From positions 100,049,559 through 100,113,558 of the forward strand of contig NC_079159.1 in assembly GCF_947563725.1 (NCBI RefSeq): a stretch of DNA of 64,000 nt, written 5' to 3'. The stretch comes from Argiope bruennichi. Taxonomy: Eukaryota. How positions within the stretch are numbered: position 1 is the stretch's first letter; the number at the start of each line of letters is the position of its first letter. The notes beneath the pieces are model-generated. The model did not search any database, was not told the DNA's origin, and saw only the letters and a program-made list of their open reading frames with translations. Positions 12,229 through 22,830 of the stretch are shown in pieces. The position numbers were made by a program, and so were the translations under genes.

Positions 12229-13467
12229 GTATGTTTTGATTTTTATTATCATAGATTCTGCAGTATCGGGGGTAAGAGATTGAACCAAAAATAGAATTAA
12301 AATAAACCACTATATTCTTTTCCTTAAAAAATAAATAGTGCCTGTTTCCATAATAAGCGATCATCATAATGCCTATTTTCTGTGAATTGTAATGATATAT
12401 AAAAGAACAACAATAAACAAACAGAATCTCATTTATTTATAATTTATTGACATTAAATATCTAAAATTGATAATTCTTGAAAAAATTTAATTCCTTTCTA
12501 ACAATTATACTGGAAATTTTTGTAAAATTTGAAACTGTGAAGTGAGAATGCAAAGGATAAGGGCTTTCCAATGAGGTGTCACAATCTTAAATTAAAAACT
12601 AGTCGGGAAAAAAAAAAGCAGTTATTTTTCAACTTCAAAGACATTTTACTGACAAAGAATACAAAAGTTGTTTTTTATGATGAGGCAGCAATTCATCTAA
12701 TTAGAATTGTCCATCTACCCTCAATAGTAAGGGAGTTAGTTACGGGGAAATGAAAATTTCATCTCCGCACCATTTTCGCTCGCTGTGAGCCGGAGAGCTT
12801 CGCTACATATTCGGGCAAGATTTTCACCCTCCCTACAACATATACTCTCAAACTCAAATCGAAATTAGTATAAGTAATTTAGTATTACAAATTAGGTATC
12901 GTGTTCACAAAATAACACGGGATGAACTGTCTTTAGGGCTTCGCAGATTGAGCCCCGATTACACATCACAAAGGAATTTGCTTTTAACTCATTGTGTTTT
13001 GTGACCTTTTAATGCATTTGCTCCCAGTTTTGAAATACCCTGTATATTTTTCTAACACTTGAAATCAAACCTCGTTAAATTTACATTATATTTTTATGAT
13101 TAAGATGGCATTTCTAAATTTATAATTAGTTGTGTTTGATATACTAGTTTTCTTTAGGAATAGCAATGTCCGGAGTTGAGGAAGCTCTGTTCTCAAACAC
13201 TGTCAACTAATCACATAGCGGAATTTGTCTTAATTCTTTCATATATATATATATATATAAATCCTATTAATCTTATGATTTTATATATGAATGAATGAAA
13301 AAATTATTTAGACCCATATTACCTGAATTTACATTGCATAATAAAGATATTACTGGTTACATTTGTCTTTAATTCTGGCAAAAAACAAGTTCTTCAAATT
13401 GCATAAATGTGAATAATGATTATAATAATTTAATTTTTTTTTACATTTTTTAAATTTATAATTTCAG

Positions 13468-13590
13468 TTTATTTTTCTGTTGTGGTGCTTCGCTCCGGTC
13501 CCAAATAATGGATCCACCATACTTTATGATAACTACGTCCGGCCGCTATTTCTGCGCAACGCCGATACATTGGACCGAGTGACAGATATG
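13468..13590 (+). CDS. REEP5-like: REEP5-like exon 4: FIFLLWCFAPVPNNGSTILYDNYVRPLFLRNADTLDRVTDM
   Basis: Acceptor atttcag at 13466-13467. Matches REEP5 [41 protein letters not shown]. Donor atg|gtaacg. The terminal exon was not resolved. Candidate acceptors lie at about 15009 and about 17398, each followed by a short ORF and an AATAAA. Confidence 0.8.
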
Positions 13591-13722
13591 GTAACGAGTT
13601 TCATTCACAAAGAAATTTCTAAATATTGGAAATAAATGATTTTTAATGGGATATTAAATATGACACATGTATTATTTTTAGACAATATGATTTGGCATAT
13701 GAAGAATCAATGTAATTTTACC

Positions 13723-13723
<1 letters not shown>

Positions 13724-13788
<65 letters not shown>
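13724..13788. repeat. (CA)n microsatellite, about 32 units
   Basis: Uninterrupted acacac tract. Confidence 0.95.
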
Positions 13789-13793
<5 letters not shown>

Positions 13794-14042
13794 TTTCAAA
13801 TATTTAAATTAACTGATTTATTGGTATGCAAATAATATAAAATTTGGTTAAAAATTAGTTATGGGATTGTAAACTTCACATTATTTATTATTTTTATTCT
13901 GGTTTGTAACAAAGATTAAAAACTGATTTAACTGATTAATTTTAATTTGAGCATGTTTTAAAATAAGTTTAAAACGCAACATTGTAACTTGGTTTGAGCA
14001 GTTTGCTTTTCTCTAACTTTCAAGCAAAATAAAATATGAATG

Positions 14043-14173
14043 AAACAAGCATTCCATTTCTCTTAAATAAAACAAGCATTTCTCTTAAATAAAACAAGCA
14101 TTTCTCTTAAATGAAACAAGCATTTCTCTTAAATGAAACAAGCATTTCTCTTAAATGAAACAAGCATTTTCAG
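14043..14173. repeat. Minisatellite, about 6 units of the 23-bp unit aacaagcatttctcttaaatgaa
   Basis: Direct reiteration visible in the sequence. Confidence 0.9.
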
Positions 14174-15545
14174 TTTCTCTTACTACCCCCCCCCTTTTTT
14201 TTTTCGAGGATTATGTGTAATCGACGAATTATTATTAGCCCTTTTCTTTTTAGTACTGAGTATTTTATGTATAGGCTGAAAGGTTCTAAATGTCACATAA
14301 CTTTCATAATGTAGTTAGTTATATTGACTTTCATAATGTAGTATTGTAACTGAAATACAGGAAATAAATTGGTTATAAATTGAAAATGAAGTATACTCCT
14401 GAGTTCCGGTTCGCGACTATCCTATCTAGTTTTCTTTCATTGTAATTAAATGAGGAAGACAAGGCGTTGTATTGGCAACACTGTTTATGTTTCCTGCATT
14501 TAAGTTAGGCATTACAGAATTGAGCAGTTTGCATCCATTAACTTACTTTTTCTCTAATAAATTCTTAAAATGTGAAGTGCAATATATAAACATATACTAT
14601 ATAAACTACCGTTACAGAGCCTTTTATTTGAACTCGACACGTTACCGGCAATTGCTTCTATGATTTAACGGGCTGCGGCCACGTTCATATTATGCATGAA
14701 TTGAGATAAATGAAACGTTTAGTACTCGATAAGCAGTGAAAAAATACGTATTATAACATTCAGTTTTGGTATAAAAACTTTGTCTCCTGGTCAAAGAAAG
14801 GAGTTCATAGAACACTGGCTTAACCAGCTTTTTTGTAATCCGGCCTGCCCTTCCGCCACATTAGGCCGGATATTCGGGGATCTACTATATTAATAAGCTA
14901 TTAAAAATACATTATTATAACAAAAGATTTTAAAATTTGTTGGTGACATTCCTGCTTTGATAAATTTTTTTTTCACTTAGTTTTTTACTTTCTGATTTTC
15001 AAAGAATAATAATCGGAGAAAATTATGGGTTTACATTACCTGAAACCTAAAACGCTCCAGAAAATTGCTGTACCTGAAACTACATTCTTGAGCATGATCC
15101 TCTCTTCTGAAATGTTAATATGTATCCGCCTCCGGCTCTAATGCTGCGTTATTCAAAATTTTAATAAAAACAATATTTGAATTGAAACCTATTCGGAGTG
15201 GAAACTAAGTTGAACCTTTATATCTTGATCATAAACAATGAAAAAAAAAAGGATAATATATTAATAGAACAACTTTAAAAAAGTCGATTTCATTTGCAAT
15301 AATGAAAACATTACTGTAAAATATATCTTAAAAATATCTTTAAATGTTAATCAAATTTAGAGAAAATATTTTAAAGCAATTAAATTGGGGTTTTTTACAC
15401 TGTTTTAAATTTTAAAACAATGAAAAGAATATATTTGTACCGTAATATTTTCGGAAGTTATCGGGGAAAAACAACAAAATCTCAATTAGCTTTCAAGCGA
15501 TTAAAATGGCTCCGATATGCACATTTACAACCTTCAAAGTATATA

Positions 15546-17237
15546 CAGTGGCTCAAAAAATTGAGAGTACACCTTACTTTTACTTCATAAATCCGACTTT
15601 CAATATAAATAACACATTACCGAGAAGTGCAAACCTGTTTTTATTTTTACACATAACAAATGGTTTAATTTAGAGTAAAAATAAAGAAAAATCAACGAAA
15701 AACTTCTAAATTGAAAAGCTTCAGAAGCATTTTAAATAAACATACGCAGGATTTTGCCTTAAAAAATTGAGAATACACCAATTAAATTCTTGTAATATCT
15801 CGCATAGAAAGAACGTGTCAGTATATAGTTGCATGTCTTTTGGCTTTTATAATGGCCTCTAAACGTCGTGGTACCGATTCGACCCATTTTTGGTGATATC
15901 AGAAGATATTTTACCCCATTCTTCTTGCACCACTGGTTTTAAAGGGGTTTTGTTTCTAATTTTGTGTTTTTGGACCACTGCTTCAAGTGTGGCCCACGAA
16001 TATTCAATGATATCGATTGATATTGATATCGGGGTACTGTGGATGTGTGTAACTGCTTTTTACAATGAAAAAGACACCATATTTTAAAGTTACGTGCATT
16101 CTGTTTGGGGTCGTTGTCCTGTTGGAAAATGGAATTTCCATTAAAACCCAAATTTTTAACACTTTCCTTTAGATTATTGTGACCCGATGGTTCAACCAAC
16201 TAGTTGCAGAAACTTTTCGAATCATAGCAGAAGTGTAGATGATGAAATTGTGCGAAATGCCATTAGACAAGCTGAGTATAAAAGTCGCATTGTTAGAGAG
16301 AAACCGTTCATCAGCTTGTAAATTCAGAAAAGGCATTTGAAGTTTACAAAAACTCATCAATTGAAGACCAATTACTTTTGGAATAAAGCTATATTTCGTA
16401 ATGAAAGAAAACTCAACATTTTTGGCAGTGACAGCCATCGTACTGTATGGAGAAAGTCTAATGCTGCTGTGGATCCAAAAAATTTACGTCTTACAGTTAA
16501 ACATGATGGTGACTCCGTCATGATTTGAGGTTGCATGGCTTAATCCGAGGTAGGAAATTTAATTTTTATAGATGGCATTATAAACTATATGGTTTACTTG
16601 TATATACTTCGCAGCAATCTAAAGGAAAGTGCTAAATATTTGGGTTTGAATGGAAATTTCATTTTCCAGTAAGACAACGACCGCAAACAGAATGCACATT
16701 ACGTCAAAATATGGTGTCTTTTTCACTGTAAACAGCAGTCACATACACCACCATTGTACTCCGACATCAATGTCGTTGAATATTCGTGGGCCACACTCGA
16801 AGTAGTAGTCCAAAAACACAAAATTAGAAACAAAACCCCTTTAAAACCAGTGGTGCAAGAAGAATGGGGTAAAATATCTTCAGATACCACCAAAAATGGG
16901 TCGAATCGGTACCACGACGTTTAGATGCCATTATAAAAGCCAAAAGACATGCAACTATATACTGACACGTTCTTTCTATGCGAGATATTACAAGAATTTA
17001 ATTGGTGTATTCTCAATTTTTTGAGGCAAAATTCTGCGTATGTTTATTTAAAATGCTTCTGAAGCTTTTCAATTTAGAAGTTTTTCGTTGATTTTTCTTT
17101 ATTTTTACTCTAAATTAAACCATTTATTATGTGTAAAAATAAAAACAGGTTTGCACTTCTCGGTAATGTGTTATTTATATTGAAAGTCGGATTTATCAAG
17201 TAAAAGTAAGGTGTACTCTCAATTTTTTGAGCCACTG
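15546..17237. mobile_element. Defective Tc1-like DNA transposon with a foldback-like structure. The element has CAGTG…CACTG termini, TA flanks and about 650-bp inverted arms (15546-16200 versus 16590-17237). The central 16337-16528 segment encodes a mid-transposase fragment
   Basis: Termini tacagtggctcaaaaaattgagagtacacc and ggtgtactctcaattttttgagccactgta are reverse complements, flanked by TA. The central ORF KLNIFGSDSHRTVWRKSNAAVDPKNLRLTVKHDGDSVMI matches the Tc1 KFNLFGSDG…PTVKHGGGSVMVWG segment. Both arms encode a C-terminal FQQDNDPKQNA… region, on the - strand in the left arm and the + strand in the right arm. The outer 300 bp of the arms are about 98% identical and the inner parts about 90%. 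There is no N-terminal DNA-binding region and several stops. Confidence 0.8.
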
Positions 17238-17999
17238 TATATGTCAAGTTTGATAATCTTAGGACAAATGGTTCGGCCTTTTGAAAGTTAACATACATAT
17301 TATCCTTTATTATTGATAAAAAAATATTGACTTAAACTTTAAGGGTATTTTGAACTTAATTATTTTTAATTCTATTTTTTGTAGGCTCCCAAAATTCTGC
17401 AGACCTAAGATCATGTGACAATGGAAAATATGCTACAGCTTTTTATTCTAATACACTTTTGCTTTATGCATTTTGCAGCTTAATAAAAACACTTCTGAAC
17501 ACCCTTTTTTTCTTGTTTTCAAAAATTATTTTTTTTTAAAAAAAAGAGGTATCTGAAAGTAAAGAAACTACTATGTATAAATGAAATGTCATATAAAATC
17601 TAAAACTAAGTTCCATTAAACACTTTTGATTGACAACAGAAATTATTGAATAAATAACTCAATCAATAAGTCACAAACCTCAAAACAAATAAATGAATTA
17701 GAAAAAGAATATTGAAATATGATAAAGTAGAAGTAATAAAAATAAAAGAAAGGATCTATTCAATATTGTTGCGAATTTGCAATATTGCTTCCTTGCGTAA
17801 TTGTTCTCATAGTAAGGAAGAGAACTTTAAAGATAACTCTAACGGATATTGTCATATATAAAAACTATATCGTTTTTGGGTACATGAAGTTTATAAATGG
17901 CTGCAAGTGGTCTTCAAGTAGATAAAAATAATCATTTCCAGTCAATGATTGGTTCAGTTGGACCAGAGGCCTTTCTATTTAAAAACAGCCTACACCATT

Positions 18000-18520
18000 A
18001 TGGAGCCCCCACTAGCTTGCACAGCGCTTCATTGATAACTTAGGTGCCCGACTTTGTGAGGTCTGTGCTAAACTTGAACATCACCATCAGTTGTTACCAA
18101 CAGAAGCCACGGTTTTCAGGTCTAGGAGTTCATTACAGCCAAATTTCGGCCCACTGTCGAAACGGATACGTATGTCCCAAATTGATTCCTGAGGTTATTT
18201 TATGCAGTGTTGCATGTCTGTTAACACTGACTATTATACGCACACAGTGCTGGTCTCCGTAATGAAGTGCAGGCGGTCGGCCGTTGCATTGTCCATGGCG
18301 GGAGGTTATGTCTAAAATAAAGTAGACCCGACACACTCTTGACACTGTGGAAATGGAAATGTTGAATTCCCTAACGATTTCCGAAGTGGAATGCCAAATG
18401 CATCAAGCTCTAACTGCATTTCGCATTCAAAGTCTGTTGATTGCCGTCGTGAGACCAGAATCATCGTCAGAAGTCTTTTTTCGTGAATAACTTGAATGCA
18501 AATGGAAATCCTGCCCATTA
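18000..18520. other. GC-rich island with frameshifted overlapping ORFs on the - strand (18133-18345 and 18312-18518), likely a degraded coding relic of unknown family
   Basis: A local GC jump in AT-rich DNA. Two minus-strand ORFs in different frames overlap by 34 bp, which suggests a frameshifted pseudo-ORF. I recognise no family motif. Confidence 0.25.
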
Positions 18521-20035
18521 ATACATTTTGTAAGAGATACTACGGCTATCTGTATATTAGCTTATTGCTATCACATGACTATTGTTGCCACAGTGTATTA
18601 AAAAAAATTCATATCGCTTTTTACTTCTGAAGTTTAGAAAAATGCGTTTTCAAACTTCCTGCATTTTAAAAATGTTAAAAAAACCCTACTTTTTAAACTA
18701 TATATAAAAATAAATAAGATTTTTCTTACTTTACTTTAAAAAAATTAACAGAAAAAGCTTATAGATTTTAAGAAGAAAATAAAAATGATTTCACAATTTC
18801 TAGTTTTCATAAATAATGGAAACAAATTCACGAAGTTAAAAAAACGCCAGCTCTGTAATTAGAAGTAAAATGAAAATAAAAAAAAATGGCAATTAATACA
18901 TTAAAAAAATATTTTTTGAAGCTAGCTCAAGACAATATATCGCAGTTTTAAAATTTAACAATATTCATCCAGTGAAAAATCGTATTAACAAACTGCTTAA
19001 ATTTTAAGCTTTAAATTAGAGCAAAAAAAGCATTTTTTTTTAAAATCACAACGTTAACTCGTTTAAGGTGACTCAACGATTCGAGGAAGCAATGACATTT
19101 CATTACAATGGAAATTATCGTTAGAAGCTGTGTTCAAAACTAATTTTTCAAAAATTATTAAAATTAAAACTTAAAAAAAAAATTCCATTCAAACAAAGTT
19201 GGTATATTTTCTTTTGGCCATCTTTTAAAACCTTTAAAATGGTATAAAAATAATTATTGTGCGATAAAATGTTTACACGTTATTGTGGAAATAAGTTAAG
19301 ATTCTATTTTTAAATAAACTTCTAATTAAAAGTTTAAAAAATCCATCCAAGAAGCAACTTCCTGGAAAATTTCAGGCTCCTAATAGCAATAGTTTGTGCT
19401 ACGCATTGCTTAATCTGTCAATCAAGACAAACCTATGTATATGTAGAGAGAATTTAATGGGGGGGGGATCTGTAATCTTAATCTTTGAAAATTTATAGGA
19501 TCTGCACCTTAAAAAATAAAAGTGTTGAAAATCCTTTATTTATTTTTAAAAATTTTAAGTACGAAATCTAGCAGAATTTTTTATACGTAAAAACTAAGAT
19601 TTGTCGGGATTGGTCCAACAAATAATAATGGAGACATTTCAAAAAATCATGAAACTTATGGCTTCAAATTAAAATTTCATCATTCTGGACTGAAATAATT
19701 ACACACTGCAATGAATTATAATTCAATGTAGTTTAGTAAAATCCCTTTAATAAGTTGTCAAAAGATTGTTCTAAAATTACCTATTAACGAGAACAATGAT
19801 CAAGTGTGTAATGACTAAAGAGGCTTCACTTTTAGTGTTTTTACAGCAGCTTTTCTCAACTTTGATATATCTCTTTATTGCACCTAATTTATCCCTGCTG
19901 TATTTTTAATTTCTGTTTGTCGGACTATTCTGCATATTTTTTTTAACAACACGTAAAAAGATTAGACATACATTTACCAGGCATAACTAAAACACCTTCT
20001 TTGAATTCTACTAAAGTTAACCGTTATACTGCGCC

Positions 20036-21808
20036 TAGGGATTGCAATACCGGACCAAAATTTCAATACCGGTATTCGGTATTTTTTATATCTTAATACC
20101 GGGATACCGGTTTTAATACCGGTATTAGAAATTTTAGAAAAAGAAAGAAAACACAGTTGTTTCTTTGTTTTATTTGCCAGTTTTATTAGAGAGTGTAAAT
20201 ATCACAAAAAATAATTTGTAACTTATAGATTATAACAGTATATAATCACAAAAAAGTAAAGTAACATCTTATTTATTTAAATCACAGAAAAAGTGTAAAT
20301 ATCACTATTCAGTCTGTGGTACTATTACAAATTTTTGAAATGTGATCTTAAAAACATAAGGCAATCAATTGTACTGTCATTAAACCTGAAAAATAATTTT
20401 GTGTAAAAATTACCAGCTGTCGAAAATGCTCTTTTGGCATCTACGCTAGTTGGTGGTACTGTTAGCAATGCGCGATATACTTTTTCCAAGCATTTACCTC
20501 CAAGTCCCTCACCTTCAAATAAATCGATTTCTCGTCGGATGGTTTTGGATATAGCTGATTTCTGTATTGTATTTTGGTTCGTTGAAATTTTTTCATTTAT
20601 CACTCATTCTAATTTTTGTTCAAGAGACAATTCCTTTTCACTATCGACAGTAGTGACATCATAATCATCGATAATTGAACCGAATTCTTCTGAATGTGGA
20701 TAGGTTTGTGGGTAAAAAATGTTAAGAAAATTTACTCTACACTTAATCAGATTTGAATTGGTTCTTTTCTTTTCTTCTTTTTCATTTTTAAAATCACTAT
20801 AATTATGTAAATACCATAAGACATTTTCTATTTCGGTATGTCTTTCTTCTGTGCGGTTTTTCAATGTAATATATAATTCAGATAGTGATGTGTGCTGTTC
20901 TTTCAGTGACTGCAACATGAAATTTATTGTTGCATTAGCTGTTAATAAATTAGAATCTCTCCGACATAATGCCTCAATAGTCAGTATTATTGGAAGTAGA
21001 GCTGATACAGTTCTGGATATTAAGTCGAATTCCCTATCTGAAAAATTAATTTACAGGTTTAAGTCGATTATTGCTTTTTGGATTGGATTTCTCAGTTTCA
21101 AAAATCGTTCCATCACTAGGAGTAAACTGTTCCAACGTGTTTTAGAATCTAATATTAACATATATTCTGTTTTATTTTCAGTTAGTATATATTTAAGTAA
21201 TATATCCTTTTTATAGGGGAACGTTTGAATATCTTAACAATTTTTCGAACTTTATACATTATAGGAAGCAATTCTTGATAGGTTGATATTTCATCCTCAT
21301 TAGCAATATCTTCTTCAACAATTACATTGTCATTATCTTCATTGTCAATATCACTCTCACTCTTTTCAAAGTTGGAATCCGAAGTTTCTATATACAGAGA
21401 ATTTGGATTCTTCTGTTCTTTATTTTTTCGGTATAACACATCTATTACTCCTAATTGAATTCCATGTGCATAGCACAACTGCTGATTTGCACGAATCAAC
21501 TTTTCAACTTTTTTCATAATTGTTGCTCCATCAGTCGTTAGGGATACAATATTTTCTTTCAGGGATAATCCATGTTTCGCTAATATAGATTTAAGCCTTT
21601 AATTAGCTAATTGATTTCGCCTATTAGGGAGACATAAAAACAAAAACGTATACTATTTTGCTATGTTCGCGATCCCTGAACATATAATGGAGACAATTTT
21701 TAAAATTTCTAGTAAATACCGAAAAACCGGTATTTAAACTTGTGAATACCGGTATTACGAAATTGTACAAATGGCTCAAAATACCGGTATTCGGTATTGC
21801 AATCCCTA
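20036..21808 (-). mobile_element. Internally deleted hAT-superfamily DNA transposon. It has 18-bp TIRs TAGGGATTGCAATACCGG and an 8-bp target-site duplication ACTGCGCC at 20028-20035 and 21809-21816
   Basis: Perfect 8-bp direct repeats flank the perfect inverted termini. Minus-strand ORFs encode hAT transposase pieces: CYAHGIQLGVID (compare the CxAHxLNL motif) and the C-terminal dimerisation region LLTVPPTSVDAKRAFSTAGNFYTKLFFRFNDSTIDCLMFL (compare …PxSSAxSERxFS…RSRL). The total of about 1.77 kb is too short for an autonomous copy. Confidence 0.8.
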
Positions 21809-21947
21809 ACTGCGCCTTTATGATAATCTTCTATTTCAATAAGCAAAGCGCATTGTCGCAGTTCCAAATTATCTTAATATGTGTTGACACCTCTGAAAGT
21901 ATTTCATCCTGGATTCCTTCTTCAGCTGTCTACAGTGGAAGAACATC

Positions 21948-22030
21948 ATGCAATTAAATACTGATGGAAAAATTAAAAACGATTTGAATTTCAAGACAAC
22001 AATGTTATTGTTGAAAGTTTGGGGAGAAAA
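21948..22030 (+). repeat. Dispersed AT-rich repeat family, partial copy R4
   Basis: gcaattaaatactgatggaaaaattaaaaacgatttgaatttcaagacaacaatg parallels the homologous segments in the R1-R3 copies. Confidence 0.4.
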
Positions 22031-22202
22031 CATTCATATTCAAGAAAAATGTGCTTAAAAAGAAACTTTCTTAAATTTTAAAATAATGCATAAGTCATAC
22101 TTACTTTTAAATTAAAATATAAAAAAAATAATTCTCAGGGGTATATTTTCACTCTCCAAAAGTCCGTTTCGAATTTCGTAGCTGTAAGGCGACAACTTGA
22201 CT

Positions 22203-22830
22203 CCCCGGAGATATTGGTTATATTTAATTTCATTTAAACTTCATATCCATGATTCCAATAAATTGTCAAACATTACAGCTGCGTTATTTTCATTTGTATG
22301 TTTTGTTCATTGCAAATATGAATTTTTCTAATGGAGGCCAATTCTATGACATCATAGCGCTATTATATCTGGTTTATCTCCAAATATATTTAGCGGTATC
22401 ATAACTTCACATTTTTATTTATCCTGTAAATTACACAAGATAATAATTACATGCTCTGTCTTTAGCTTTCAAAAATGGAAGAAAATCACACGAACAAATG
22501 CTTAGTGAAATAATGAAAACGGTTTGAAATTCATTCACAATGAAAATATGTAGTGAAATATACTTAATAACATTTCTATAAGTTAATTAAACCTAGGCTA
22601 AAGTATTTTACAGCAGTTAAATTGGCATCATCGAAAAGATAATTTTTTGGACGTTATAGCGATAAAAACTTTAAAAGCTAGCTTATTTTTTAATTAATAA
22701 AAATTTCAAAATAAATCATTGCAAGGTGCACATTCTTGGCCTTGTTTACTTCTGCCAAGTCTTGTAGCTCTAAATAGAATGGTCTAGCCTATAGAGCGAC
22801 AATAAGCACAAACTTTCATTTCTATTATTA
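22203..22830 (+). repeat. Dispersed AT-rich repeat family, copy R1 (about 630 bp)
   Basis: Shares its start (g.tggtta.atttaatttca), a catgattc block, a tga(c/t)(g/a)tcat(g/a) block, aaaatggaagaaaatca…aaatgaaaac.gtttgaa.ttca and ggtgcacatt with 31598-32300 and 38460-38900. Confidence 0.5.
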
